64,000 nucleotides of DNA. Origin: Marsupella aquatica. Lineage: Eukaryota; Plantae; Marchantiophyta. Of the stretch, positions 25,901 to 40,090 are shown one piece after another. Position 1 is the stretch's first letter, and every line of letters starts with the position of its first letter. Position numbers and translations under genes: made by a program. Below the pieces are notes generated by a model. That model was not told the origin of the DNA. It saw only the letters and a list, made by a program, of their open reading frames with translations, and ran no database searches. Location of the stretch: the NCBI GenBank assembly GCA_973895155.1, contig OZ316891.1, positions 31,689,112 through 31,753,111 on the forward strand. Direction: 5' to 3'.

Positions 25901-26962
25901 GGAATCCATAGGAAAGTGTTTGATTTAGTGAAGGTGATTACGGAGTCATGGGCAGCAAGAGAAATACGATTCAACTACAGGAAATATACCCTTCCACGTC
26001 TGGTCACCTTCCTCTGGACAGCATGATGGCACGATACCGTGAGGAACGATATGCGCGTGATCTTCAACCTCTACTCACCTCTCACCTTGTAGTATCCAAT
26101 GAGTTGATGAGTTTTGTAGATCTTCCAGTCTTACCCCAATTCAATCACATTGCTATGACGCACTTTTATTCATTAGGAAAGGATCCGGCCGCAGTGGTCT
26201 GTGCAGGGGATACTATCCAAACCAACAAGTTCCCCTTTAATCTGGCTGACTTACTCTCAGGCATTTGGGAGAAAACTTCATTTTGGGAGAGGGTAACTCC
26301 TACGGAGAATGTAATTAAATAGATGGTTAGAAGAGAGACTTGTACATAATTACAGATTAGGGAATTATTTCAAACCTGCAGTCTTCTGGACACCACATCA
26401 GTTCTTCCGGGAGCTTGTACATGAGGACGGATTTGGTCTACAACTAGAGACCAACCCCATCGCTGTGTACCACTCAACATGGCAACACAATCCCTGGTTA
26501 GAATACGGCTGGGCCCCAGCATAAAGACGACCCACCATCAAGTGAACCCTTCTGGCTCAACTTAGATGATGGTTAAATGCCCTTCCCCAATAGTATCCTT
26601 TTGGGCAATCCCTTAGAGATCCCCGCTACTTTAGGTGGTACTGTTTTGCACGTTCCTTAATGGAAGTAGTGGATCAGTCTGGACAAGCAGGCAAGGTGGA
26701 CATGGATCTTAATGGAGAAATGAAGTGTAAAGGTATGATTATGTGGAAGCTGTTCAGCCGAGCGGGGACAGCAGGCTCCATGCAAATGTACAATCTATTA
26801 AAAGATGCTGAATTCTTGAAGGGGAAGGACCCCGTAATTAGATGTGACGGACCACCAGCGCCAACTCAGGCATACCTTATGGTGTATCAACTGTCAATAC
26901 CTTGCAATGGGGCTTGACTCTCCACTAGAGCTATTTTTGCCACTTATGCCCCTTCTTATCGT

Positions 26963-28404
26963 TGTTAGGGTTTCTAGGACGGGCAAATAGCAGGATAGGA
27001 GGTCTCCTTTCTCTCTAACTCTCTATTTTATCACTCACACACCCAACTAGGTAGTTTTTATTTCCATCGCTAGAAAGATAACCTCGAAGGGTGACTATCA
27101 CTCCCCTGCTCCCCCGTTGGGAAACACTCACACACCCCCACTCCCAATCACAACATGGCAAGTGCACACCCACAAGCTGTCCCCACTGACTCACAATGTG
27201 ACTGTTACCCAAGAGTTACCTCAACTTCCCTTGCCAACGTTTCCTTGACCGCCACTTTCTATTGCAACTAGACAAGTGTTTGGGTCCTCTCTCATCTACA
27301 AGCTTTGAGCTTCACCCCTCTAGTGTTGAGTCACACCCGAGTCTGCAGACATGCTCACTGGACTCACATTCTCATTGGATAGTAGTTTCAAGGCTAAGGC
27401 TTACACATGAGCCTTTATTATAGGAAATCCTCCCTTGACTCTCCCCCTTGCTGCCTACCTAGTGGACAAATTCTCTATCCAATCTCCTTAGTGCCTTGAG
27501 CCTATGCTGCTGCCCTCCAATTGAGAGCACAACCCCCAAGCTCTCAGCCTACAAGAGAGTGTACAAGTGAACAAATGCGGAGGTAGCCCTCTGGCTCTCC
27601 TCTTTATTCAACACCCCAGGGCTCCAAACCAACCCAAACCAAACCAAGCCTAGGGTGCTACTCAGGTAAGTGGTCACCTTGGAACTTAACCCAAGCGTAA
27701 CTACTTTCCGCTAAACCTTAACCCGGGTTAAGTTTCTATATTACCGCAGGTCAACTTAACTACAACCAGTACTCTGGTTTTCACACTGGACACAAATATT
27801 GGCAATCTCTCGGTGACACGAGTAACCAGGGTACCTCCTTGGTAACTCTTACAATCAACCGAGTTACAAACTATCCATAAAACAGAATTTCTCACAAAAA
27901 ACTCTAAGTTCGGTCTTCAACTGAGTGTCAGTACGCCGCCGAGTTCTGAGTTACCACTGAGTCTCGGGTTTTGCCACTGAGACTCGGGTTACCACAGAAG
28001 TACAGGTTGTCATTTCCATAGTTTTAGACTTAATCGGAGAGTTCTTCTGCTGAAATAAACCCTGATAGACCGTCGGTAGTACAACTGAGTTTATAGTCGC
28101 TTGTAAACGAGAATAAATGACTTCTAACCCGCCAACCAGCGATACTCTAAGTAATTCTCATCTGCCAACAGTGTCCACTAAGTGTCGGGCTTCATAATAG
28201 CCTAACATCTTATTATAAAGGACTTCCACTTTTAAGGCCTGCACAAAAACTCCTTAACACATTCCACTTGAATTAAAATGGTCTCTTGGGCCTCCATGAA
28301 GTTCATAAAACCTTTCTAGGTCCTCCCTTACTTTCCCTGGTCCCTCACCCGGCTTGGAATCAGCCTCAAAGTCCTCCAAACAAGCCTGTCAGGATGCTGT
28401 CACA
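26963..28404. mobile_element. Possible solo LTR
   Basis: TGTTAGGG...TGTCACA termini with weak inverted similarity, non-coding, with internal short repeats at 27945-28000. No TSD seen. Confidence 0.3.
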
Positions 28405-29898
28405 AGCTTAAGTAACGTTGTTATGTGCTTCTTAAACAAATAGCCTTGATGGCTCCCTTGGTAGCACATTTGAGTTCCCTATCATGCAGCAGGTTATGAG
28501 TTCAAAACTGGTCGTCGTCTTCTCTCTCGCTTACAACATTTTGTAGCAACATGCAGCCAGAAACAAAGCAGCTATGCGAAGTAGCGATCAGCGGTGCCAC
28601 GTTGCGCGAGGTAGCAATCAGTGGCGCCATGCTGCGCGAGGCAGCACTCTCTTCATCGTTTTTTTCTTCTCCTTTTCAAGCTCCAACCAAACTTGCTTTA
28701 GCATCACTTCTCCATAGCTCAGCAACATATATAGCTCAATCACCATAGCTGCAACAATTTTCCATTGAGCATAACAATTTTCCATAGCTTCCTCCTTCGG
28801 CAGCTCACATTGAAGCATCGATGGCTTCCATTCCACACACAAATCAACATTGGACAAGTGGCATCAATATATTGAAGCAGCAGCGTCTTCTCCAAACAGC
28901 AGCCTAACAGTAACCAGCAGCGCAACACTCTATAGCTTCACCTCCCAACATCAGGTAGCAACAACCATCTTGTATTGAAGCAGCATCAAGCTGCTCCTAT
29001 CCAGTATTTAGCAGCACAGCAACATTGAGCTTTGTAAAATCAGCAACGAGCTCCTGAGTGGCACCAAGCTCTCAGCATCGAGTAGCAAGCCCTGGGCCCT
29101 CAGCTTACAAAATAACGAAACACACGTGCAAACGTCCGATGGGTATTAAATATCGATTTCGCAAATAATATTATAACACCATTAGAACAAACAAGGTCCT
29201 TATATATCATCGCAACAAATTAGAATAGGTGAAGGGTTTTTTTAAAGGTGTCCCAAAGTTAATCAATTGAAGGGCCATTTTAATATGCAATGACACGCGT
29301 CACTTTCTCATTAGACCACGTGTCACCTGACCAGTGGCTTAGGGTTTAGGGGTTTTGGGGGGAAGGGTGGTCAAAGTGTCATGCGGGGTGTCGTGTTCCC
29401 CCCTTTGCCCCTCCTACTTTGTAGGAGCCGTTCGATGTAGGATGCCCTAGATCGGACGGCCAGGAGAATAAAGGACACTCGGGGTGGTGGGGCTCGGGGA
29501 GACGGTGCGAGAGGGTGGGACAGGAGGGGCGGGAGGAGGGGTCTCCGGAGAGGTCCGAGTCGGGGCCTCACTTTTGGGCTTTCGGACTTTTGGACTTTTT
29601 TGCCAGTTTCTCCCTCCTGCACTGCAGTTTCTTCACTCGTTTCTTCGTCATCTCGCTCCGCATCTTGCGTGATCTTGAGTTGGAGTTTGGGCGAAAGTGT
29701 TTGACGTTCGGTCCCGCTTTTGTTTGAACTCTCGGGATTTCTCTGGGGCTTTGTCCCGGGCTTTGTGAACGTGTCTGTGCCCCGGTCTGTGCACTCACTC
29801 TCACTCTCTTCCGGGACTCTCTTGCATTCGGGCTTGCATTCCTGTCACGATTCCCATGTCCATTTCGTGATCGAGTAATTTTGTAAGCTGATTGCGAG

Positions 29899-30035
29899 TT
29901 GGGCGGGGAGCTGGCGGGGGAGCTGGGTGGGGAGCTGCGGGGGGAGCTGAGGCTGCATTTCGACCCCCGTTTTGACCTTGGCCATTGCAGCGGGCATTGC
30001 AGACGCGGTTGCGGGCTGCATTTTGACCTTGGCCA
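29899..30035. repeat. GC-rich 12-bp tandem repeats (GGGGAGCTG core) and duplicated TTTTGACCTTGGCCA
   Basis: Read directly. Confidence 0.7.
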
Positions 30036-32478
30036 AGTTGGACCCCGGTTTTGCTCACCAATCTCGGGACCAATCGAAGCTCGGGGGACGGGCAGTGGGA
30101 TCAACTGGCGGGTCAACTGGTCGAAGGTAATTCCTGAGGTTATTTTTATAAACGGTCTCGTAAACGGTACCAATCCTGCTTCCTACTGTTTGGAATGAGC
30201 GCCCGAATGAGCGAAACCCCCGGCGAAACCATGGGCGAGAGATTGTGCCAGTGATTTGAGCTGAGGCACAAGTGCATTTTGTTGTTGCTGCCCCGGGGCT
30301 GCCTCTCGCCCGGCCTCTTGTCTTGAACATTTTGGACTATGCTTTTCTGTTGCTGGCTTTTCAGGCGGAGACTTATGTCGCTTTTTGTTTTGTAGGTTGG
30401 TGGTGACTATAGTGAACACCGGCCCCGGCACCGACAAGAATCCCACAGCAAATTAGGGCTACGGTTACACGGTCTCGGGCATGGTCCGCGGCAAGAAGGG
30501 ACATTAAGTTTGCGTCTGTGGCAATTTGTGTTGGGTTGTGTTTGTGCCCGTGTTTGTGACACTTTCTATCGCTTTGCCCCGCGCTCTGCTTGTTCCCGCA
30601 TGCTACAAAACCTATGTCTAAAGCATTTTCCTTCATGCATGTGTTTAAATTGGTCATCGTAGCCTGGGATTTGGTTTTACTGGTTTAGTCACTTCATTTT
30701 GTGGTTGCCTATTTGTTCCAAAGCATCTGAATTTGCAGGGCCTTTCCCGGGGGTTTAAAGAAGAAGGGGTTGGCGCCTTCTACCTTCAAGCTTCCAATCG
30801 ATTGTGGCAAGAGCGGGGGCAAGAGTCTTCTGATCGGATCAAGGTAACAATGTAGTGAAGGTTTTCCCGGGGGTTTTTCTGTAAGTTTCGGATGCAAGTT
30901 ACTTCCATATAGTGTATTGTTGCCACTCCTATCGTTTAAATGTTGGATAGTCCAAGTCTATTCTACTCTGTAAATAGATAGAATGTGCGCCTGGCTCTTC
31001 AACGCCAATTCCATTTTTGTATACATCCGTGTCTCTCAGCGCTCATTACTGCCCCAAGATTGCAGACTGAGTGAACATCCTTTTCTTGGCTAAAGTAGTT
31101 CACGTATGCTAAAGGAAGGCATTTCATATTAGCCACATGCTTCTACCATTGCAATTTTGTAATATTTCCGGTCGAGTCATTCTTATGGGATGGCTTTGTT
31201 CGGGGCTTTGTTTTAATTGATGTTCATTCTTGTCTCTTCTCTACAGGTGAAGCGCAAAGCTAGGCAGACATTTGCTAGGCTTGTTACACTAGCGGAACAA
31301 CAATTGGGGAGAAAGCAGTGGGGAAAGCAGTCGGTCAGCTTTTAAGTGTTGGTGAGTATGCTTAACTTCTTGAAATCTGTACTAGGTCCTCGGATGAATA
31401 CCTTGTGTTATTTGCCTTATTCTTCAATGACAGGATCCCACATGTCTTTTTGCAGTTTAATAGCACGCGTCGGGATTGGAGCTGCGCTTATAGCAGGGAC
31501 CCAAACAGCGGCAGAGAATACTCTGAGGGGCTGAGGGTGTGTCAATCAGCGCCAACAAATCATAGTGAGTTGATCTAGATTTCCAAAATGCTGACTGGTT
31601 TCTGGTGAAGTTCCTATTGCGCCCTCCAGTCTGAAACAGAGCGTGGGAGCAGAGCAGAGAGTGGAAAGCTCCAAAGTCTAGTAGTTTAGTCGGGACACAA
31701 CCCATGTGCTGTTTTTCTTGTTGTAATGTCATGGCAGAGCGGTACCTCTCGTTCTGCTCTGTCCTCCTCCACTCTGTCTCTGTGAGCGCTTGCTTTGATT
31801 GGGGCTTTGATGCGTCTTTTGATTTAACTACCTTCGTGGGTTGAAGCATTTTGTTGGAGCTCCGCGCATCAGTGTCAGCTGTGTTAATTTATGCTTTGTA
31901 AGGTCAAGTTGTTCGCACCTAGGTGAAAGCTCTCGCGTAAAGAAATTTTAGCTTTAGCTTGCTACTACATTTGGTAAAGCTTAGCTTTAAAACTCTATCT
32001 GTGCTTGGGCTTTCCAAGCAGTCGGTGATCATTGAATTTGATGTACTGAAGTTTCGGGAATTATGGCTCCTGCAGTTAGCTTGACCTATCATTCATTTTG
32101 TTTTACAGGTTTGGAGGTGGGCCGAGGCCGGGGCTCAACGCTTGTCTACTAGTATCGTATTTGGACGCGGGGTTACATCACTCTAAGGTGACACATCATT
32201 TTGCATATTAATTGTTTCTCCTTCTCAGCTATTGTATGATATGATTTGCGACTACTGTCATCTGCTTTGTAATTGCCAATGCAGTCCTGTAGTGTCATTC
32301 CGAGTCTCGTTTCTTTTATTGAATGGATTTGTTTATCTTCTCCGCAGGTGAAGTGCAAGGGCTGCCCGGAAAGTGTGAGTTGTCTTGAAAGTTTAGGCAC
32401 ACTCAGGTCCGGGATTCAGGTTCTTGGTGTCAATTGTCGTGTGAGTAGAAGTCCCGGTAGAAGTCAATCTATAAGCAA

Positions 32479-32929
32479 TATGTCACGTGAGACAAAGGTC
32501 AATGCCATATGGACCCTTTCTGTGCAAGTCATAGGGGCATTTGTGTGCTCTGCGGTCGGATTGTGTACTGAAAATTTACTGTGGACTCTGTTGGGTTTGC
32601 TTAGCCAACTATTTCGATTTTTGCATGAAATTTTGGAGCGATTCATCGCTCTTGCACGTCCACCCCTAGAGATGGCTGATGTTGGGGGTGCAGAGGCCCC
32701 TCATACTGACATTGTCGGTCATGAAGCTTTGCCTCTGCACAAGACTTCTACGCCGTTAGTTTCCCGTTATTATGCAGTGTCTAGAGGCCGTAGGCCAGGC
32801 ATATATGAATGTCACGAAGCCGCTGACAAACAAGTCCTAGGTTTTAGTGGGAATAGTCATAGGTCATTTAAGACTAGAGCACAAGCGGAGGATTGGCTAA
32901 AGACACAGATCTTGGCCGGGTTGGCATAA
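32479..32929 (+). CDS. Small protein with hydrophobic N-terminal segment and C-terminal RNase H1 N-terminal (hybrid-binding / caulimoviral viroplasmin-like) domain
   Basis: RYYAVSRGRRPGIYECHEAADKQVLGFSGNSHRSFKTRAQAEDWL matches the FYAVxxGRxxGIYxxWxxCxxQVxGFxGAxxKSFxTxxEAxxW consensus. First ATG at MSRETK; the track ORF starts at 32273. Confidence 0.65.
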
Positions 32930-33317
32930 TTGTCAATGTAAGACTTGAGTTCATTTGAATATGAGACGAATTTGGAATTTCAGGTGATGTTGTGTGTTCT
33001 TGCATGCAATTGAAGGCCAACTTGACTCCCTTTCTTATGTTTTCCTCATGTGCACATATACCTACTCCTTGCTTCCAAATGTCTTTGCCCAAGTCTATCG
33101 TTGCACACTATAACGACTTATTGATGTTGTGAAGTAAATTTGTGTGCAGGTCTCTGAATCTGCCGGTGTGTTGAAGGACTTCTGGTCTACCAAGCTGTCA
33201 TCTACGTTGAAGGTCTTGCATGTCTCTTGCTGAGAGTGGATCGTCGTGAACCATATCCTCCAGATTCCTTGGTCATCCACCTACATCAGGCAAGCAACGA
33301 CCAAAACTTGGCGAGGT

Positions 33318-33731
33318 ATGGTGATCACCCGTTCTATGAGGAGAGCAGAGGACACTCTAACCAGACGTGTACGCAGACTGTACAAGTTGATGGTTTGGGA
33401 TAAAGTCCTCCCTAGAGGTCTAGGGGTCCTGTGCTACTACCAAGACATTGCCCCTGTCAGACGTAGCAATCTGCCTCGAGCACTCCGACGCGTCCCAAGA
33501 CCTAAACGTCTGCCCATATACCTTCAATTTTGTGTGAAGACCGATGGAGTGCCTGACGCCTCCAAGGCTCAGCTTAATGCCTGTATCCATGATTTGACTG
33601 TAGAGTGCAGTATCTATTCCCAAGACCCGGCACTTGATGAGAATGCAAAGTTGAATCAGCTTTGTCGGATGGCCCGTTTCTGTTGTGTGGTTTATAATAC
33701 ACATCCTTGGGTGAATCTGTCCATACCTTAG
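33318..33731 (+). CDS. Orphan basic ORF (MVITRSMRRAE...)
   Basis: Open frame 33246-33731 with ATG at ~33318. No recognisable domain. Confidence 0.3.
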   Translation: MVITRSMRRAEDTLTRRVRRLYKLMVWDKVLPRGLGVLCYYQDIAPVRRSNLPRALRRVPRPKRLPIYLQFCVKTDGVPDASKAQLNACIHDLTVECSIYSQDPALDENAKLNQLCRMARFCCVVYNTHPWVNLSIP

Positions 33732-36131
33732 GATGGCCCCAATTTTCACGGTAGGGTAGTTTAGTGTGGTGCGTCCCATGGCTCCCTAAACCTAGGAAAC
33801 CCCCGTGCACAGGCCGATTCCCCCAGGTTTTGCGCCTGGCGAGGCCGTTCCCGCGGCTTAGCGGCATGGGACGCTGCTAACTTCTCTCTACTTCTATTAA
33901 CATTTTACACACATATACTGGACAGATCCTTCATCGGGTCATGAGATATGAAGCTGGCCTAAGTTAGGCCTTCCCCTGTCTTCCCCTCCTTCTGGTTAGG
34001 TATATTTGGATTCCGCCGTCGGAATGATCCCCAATAGGCTTGGTTAAGCCGCTAAGACCTCTCTCAGCTCGACACATCCAACTCTCATTCCCCTGCTTGC
34101 TTTCCTTTACCTCTTGGTTGATGTGGGCACTCTTCACACAAGTTAATGCGACACACAAATAGCAAAATGACTCCTTCTGACTGAGTCATACCATGCGCTT
34201 GCCATACAAACAGTACATCTCATACACAAGCTCTGCGAACTAAGCCGTGAGGCCAACTCTATTCAGCTCTTAGGCATGAGGAAACATGAATATACACAAG
34301 GGTCACTGTATGACTAACCGAGAGCTTCTCTTACTACTTGATCCCAGCCCAGCTGGTGCAACTAAAAACTTGCTAAAGAAGAGGCCCTGAACTCCCCGCA
34401 GCTCAGGTACTTATCCTGGCTGTGGGTCCGCCTGATTCCTTGCAGCGTAAGCCTATCCTACCTACAGTAATCTACCTGCCTGAATCTACCTATGTACAGC
34501 AAGGCAAGAGCACAAGTGTTGCTCCTACAAGTGGATCCAAAATCCCATACTCCAAGTGTCAGGACCGCCTCCTGGTCCTGATCCTAAGTCTAAACTTGGA
34601 GATCAGCGCCCGCCCTGCCCACTCACGCCTCCTACCTCCACGTCCGCCCTTCTTAAAAGGAACGACGCCCTTGCACCGTCACGACACCGGTGGTGGATCC
34701 TCAATGGACGCCCCCAATGCTCCCTCCGCAACCACTGCCGTTGGTCCATCCTCTGACAGATTACCTGCCTCTGATCGAGTCAACTTTTCATCGGCCTGAC
34801 TGGGCCCACCCTCGGCTTCGGCTTCAGTTTCGGCCACGGCCTCCGCCACGGCTACGGTCTCCCCGGCCTGCTCAAGAGGTGGATACCGGCCTTATTATTG
34901 AGAAGTTTGGCTTGGGCCGCGCCATCCCCACCTTCGGTGATAGTGGGATCGACTGCCGTATTCATGCCGGAGGTTGGTACCGGTTTTTCTGCGGCTTGAG
35001 GGGTCGAATAACCTCCGGACCCCGAAGGTTTCCGTTTCTTCTTCTTCACTACCTCCACAGCCGGTTCCTTCCCCTTGCCGCCAACGTCCGGCACCGGGCC
35101 GTGTATCACGGCTGGTCCTTCGGCAATTACCACTCCTGGTAACTGGTTTGCTCCAATGGGAGATGGACCTGATGCAACTAAGCATTTAAATACTGCGGCT
35201 TGTTTCTTCAACCGTTCTGTTTGGTTGTCGGCCCGCCCCTGCAGGTTCTCCATCTTCCTCGTGATCTCCTCCAACTCCTCTTGGGTCTCATCCAGGTCTT
35301 TACGTGCCTCCTCCAGCTCGTTCTTGGCTTCCTCCAGTTCCTTGTGGGCTTCCTCCAATTCCTTCTTGGTGGTAGCCCTCTCCTCCTGGGTTGTTTTTAG
35401 CTCCTTGTCGAGCTCCGCTACGACCTCAGACTCCATTTTATTCATCTTGGCATAAGTCTGGTCGAGCTGGGCATCCTTCTCTCGCAAGTTGGCCTTGAAG
35501 CTGGCCGTCAATGACGCAAGCTCCTGCTGTAGCGCAATAATCCCTTGATAGGATTTCCCTAACTCGGCCTCCTTCTGCTCAAGGGCTCTTCGGATGACCT
35601 TGAGCTCTCCCTTCAGCACCCTCTCCCTTCTCTGAGTCTCCGCCGTGACCCGGTTGTTGGCTGCTATATGGGCCTCCTCTGCGTCTCTCAGCTCCTTCTT
35701 CCACTTCTCCCTGTCCTTGATTGCGTCGGCCAATTCTCCCTGGGTCTGAGTCAGTTTCCTTGAAGTTTGTTTTCTTTTATTACTATAACCACGAAAGACC
35801 CCGTGGCAAGGGGATATAGCCCACAACACCAAAAAAACCAGAAACAGCCACGTCCGATATGAAGGACAGCCAGTGATGCAGATTGTGTTTGCCCCAAATC
35901 AACAGTGGGGGCCAACAGCAAGCCAAGCATATCATGCACGCCCAGAATTTAGGGGGCCAATATCTATCAAGGCAAACTAACCAGCTATACACAGCTCTCC
36001 TATACCCGAGCCCTCCAAGGGCCAATACAGAGCAAGGCAAACTAACCAGCTATGCGCTGCACACAAATGCCCGAGCCATCAGCCAGAAACCAAGGCGACA
36101 ATATACTCCGTCCCTGAGATCCAAAAAGACC

Positions 36132-39100
36132 TCAGCCAGACGTGATCCAAACCTGACGACTACGCAACCACACCACTCTCTCCTGATTAATAAGCTCTTT
36201 AACACGCATCATTCTTGTGCGCCGCCTGCCCAGGGGCAAGCTCAAGCCCACCGCAGTAACATGATCGGCTGCCTCCGATAATAGGAATCTAAGATCAAAT
36301 TTCCTGCAGCCATTTGCCTGAAACTCATGTACATTCCGTCCTAACCACAATGACCATAGGATCTGGTAAAAAATGAATAGATTTGCAACTGTTCTGTGTT
36401 CTCTACCTAGTGTTAGATCTAACATGGATAACATCCTACTCGAGTAATCAGGAAAGGTGCCTTGGAAGCACCTAGCACTTAATGCCCAACATTTGCGGGC
36501 ATGCACACACTGGGAAAAGAGGTGGGGCATGGTTTCAGTGACACCGCTACACAGCTTGCAAAATCCATCTCCCTTGCCTATGCGGGCAGCACGGATTCCT
36601 GTAAATAATTCGGAGGCTAGGACTCTCCAGACAAAAGTTTTTGCCCGTGAGGATAGATCGGATCTCCACAGCCCAATCCAGGTCGTCTTCCATTCACCTG
36701 CCAATTTTGTGCTGCCCCAAGTGCAATTCAGGCTAAGAAAATCCTCCACAGTAGGGCTAAGTAGAGAGTAAGCCCGCCTGTTGGTAATTTGAAAGGCATT
36801 CATAGGGGCCGGATGATCCGCCCATCGCCAACATCGAGCTCCAGTGACATAGTGCATACAACATCCATCAATCTCTGTAACCTTCTCTAGAAACTCCCTG
36901 CAACAGCCTCACTCATGTGCAGAGAACCCTCTAATGTGTGCCAGTTGTGCAACCAAATCCCGCCACGTTTGCAACTCAACTGACCAAAGATCTTGGATAC
37001 TGCGTATGCCCAAGCGTCCACAGAGCACTGTTACCGCCGTAAAATCCGCATTAGGCCACGACTGAAAGCCCTCAAGGCAACGTAGTGTATCCATTACATT
37101 CCACCTGCCAGGCATTAAATCCATTGGGGAAAAGATCAGATGAGGTCTTAATTGCATCCAAGCTTTCCATAATCCTCCAGTATATGTAAGGCCATTAAAT
37201 GATCGTGGAAAGCAAAGCAACATTTTATCCCTGAAAGAATACTTATTCCTCCTGATCCACTTGAAATTCATCCAGCTAACCAATTTCAAATTTTCTGCAA
37301 AGAGGCAGGCCCATTCCGTGCCAGGGGAGTCCAGTGCTCTCGTAAACCATTTAGAGAGAAGAGCGTCCGAGTGGCAACGAAAGTCTTTCAGCCCCAGGCC
37401 CCCATCCATCCTAGGCCTAGCCATTCTAGCCCAAGAGACCAGAGGTACCCTTTTGCCTCCTTCAGAGTTGTAGCCCCACAGAAAATCCCGACATAGTGCT
37501 ATCAATTTCCTTGCCAGGCCGTCAGAGGCTTTCAAGAACATAGAATGATAAATGGGTATCGCCTGTAAGATGTGCCTGATCAAGAGGATCCTTCCAGAGA
37601 ATGACAGCAGCTTGTTGGCCCAAGATGACAAGCGTGCACCAATTTTATCAAGAACAAAGCGATGTAAATGATCCTTCCGTAGCTCCACCCCCAATGGTGC
37701 ACCCAGATACTTTTGTAGCTCCCCTTTCTTGCTGATTACACACCCTGTATTCGTCAACCACCTTGGTATAGAAGCCATTGCCAATGGTATGATCACAGAC
37801 TTGCGTAAATTGAGTCTTGCTCCAGTTGCAGATTCGTAACAGTGTAGCACCATTGTGGCCATGTGGAAGCACTCCTCTGTAGCAGGGATCAGCATTCCCA
37901 AGTCATCCGCAAAGAGTCGATAACAGAGGGTCAGTTCCTCTGATATCTGTATCCCTAGTAGTCTCCCAGCCGCTAATTCCGCATCCATGAGATCCATAAG
38001 GGGCTGGGTCGATATAACAAATAGCAGAGGGGAAAGCGGGCAGCCTTGTCTTACACCTCTCTTTAGCCCAATGGTCTCGGACATCAAGCCATTGACCTGC
38101 ACACGTGACGACGGTTCAGCAAGCAAAGCCTGTACTAGCTTGATGAAATGGCTGCCAATCCCTAGCAGGTGCATTGTCTCCCAAATGTACTCATGATTGA
38201 CTCTATCAAATGCTTTTTCAAAGTCTAATTTGAGAAACAAGGATTCCCTGTGCTTGTTTTTGGTCCAGTCACAAGCTAACCAGGCCAGTGAGATATTTTC
38301 CAAAATGTTCCTGCCAGGAATGAATCCTGTCTGCTGTGGGTTAATCAGCTTGGGAAGGATAACCATCAACCGATTGGCCAGTATTTTGGCAATGAGCTTG
38401 TAAATGGTGTTCAGCATGGTCAGGGGTCTCCAGTCCTTCAGAAGCCTCTTATCTAGTTTCTTGGGGATAAACTTAATGATACCATCGTTAATGCCAGCAG
38501 CTAAGTTGCCAGACAACCAAAACACCTGTATCATGGCAATGAGATCCGTCTCAATAAAGTGCCAGCAAGCCCGATAAACCTCTGCTGTCATTCCATCAGG
38601 GCCAGGGGCCTTATCAGATGGCATTTGCCAGAGAGTATCTTTGATTTCTTTACCATTGGGGAGCACTTCTAATCTTGTCAGTTCAGCGTAGGTTAAGGTG
38701 TATCTAGTGTGAGCGAGGAGAGAGCTCCTGGCCTTCCTCATCTCCCCAAGCTCACCTGTAGTCAGATCAGGGGGGGCATACAGATCTAAACATTGTCTGG
38801 CTACTTCCCTCAGAATGTGAGCGGGTTCAGTAATCTCTGCTCCGTCTGCAGTGGTAAGAGATCTCATAGCTTCCCTGCTTTGCTTTGCTGCTACCGTAGC
38901 AAAATAAAATTTAGTGGGCTCTTCACCTTCTCCTAGCCATTTTATCCTTGCTAGTCGTCTCCCAACATGTGCCTCTTCCATCTCCGCAGCATGCAGGAGA
39001 TCCTCAGCAATTATATATTCTCTCATATCCTCCTCCGAGTTGTCCTCTAGCAGGGACTCTTTCAGAGTTCGAAGCCGAGTCCGCAGGAGGTTCATCTCTT

Positions 39101-40049
39101 CCGCTCGTGCTTTAGGGGAGCCCTGTTTTAAACGGTACATCTTGCGCAAATGGCAGGAAGCTCGTTCAAAAGCCAACAGTGGCTCAGTGCAGTTGCCCTT
39201 CCCCAGCTTCCAGGCTCCTTCCAATGCCTCCAGATGATCTTTGTTTTTGACCACAGTCGGGTTTGCTTTAAACCACACCGGCCCACCCGGGGGACAACCG
39301 ATGTCCTCCCTGTCTCCCAGTCGAATTATGATCACTACAGGATCGTGGTCAGAAAGTGCTGACCCCCCATCATGTATCAGTTCCAATAGGTCCCCCAGCC
39401 ATTCCCCTTTTTCACTGAAGTAAAATCGATCCAGACGTGACTGCACAGTTACCTCGTTTTTGCATCTGCGCCAGGTAAAACGGGAGCCAGTAACCTCTTT
39501 AATCAGCAGTGCATCCGCCAGATCCAGCCAGACTTTCAAAAAACGCCAAAACTTGGCTTCCCGGCCCTTAAGCAAAGGTGATAGCCCACTCGAATCTTCT
39601 CTAAGTTCTGTCATGTTAAAATCCCCACCAAGAATCCAATTGCCTTGAGGAAGGAGTGATTTCAGCTCGTGCCATAAGCAAGCCCGTAGTCGAGGCGAGT
39701 TCGGAGCATAGATGCTAACCATTCCAAATTTTCCTCCTTCCGATTCTATCACGGCCCATACGGCCCTTCCCAAGTCAATCACGCCCGTTGCCAATATCTT
39801 CAGATCAGGGTGAATCAGCAGAGCAGACCCACCCCGACCCTCATCTGGTGCAGAAGTGAGGTGCTGATACAACGGCAGTATAGCCCTCAGAGCAATATCC
39901 AGCCGAAATTGATCTGCTTTTATTTCTTGTAACGCCAGAATATCTATCTTCTCTCTACAGGATTCAATCCAGTTCCTGACTACCATTTTCCTATTAGGTT
40001 CACACAATCTGCATACATTCCAGGAAGCAATCCGAAGCAGGCATGTCAT
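36132..40049 (-). pseudogene. LINE ORF2: AP endonuclease, reverse transcriptase and zf-RVT, with one in-frame stop at 36909
   Basis: SWNV, LQE, GGDFN, SRLDRFY, SDHDPV (endonuclease); KAPGPDG, WRPLTML, KLDFEKAFDRV, GVRQGCPLSPLLF, LFADD, KYLG (RT); CKLC...ETMPHLFSQC (zf-RVT). 36132-36857 is in frame with 36909-40049. Confidence 0.93.
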
Positions 40050-40090
40050 ACTTCGACCCCCTTTCCGCTACCAGAGCAGAGTGCCAATCC

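Noticed and set aside
29338-29352. Interstitial telomere
   Set aside because: Only about two units, so at most a telo-box-like motif.
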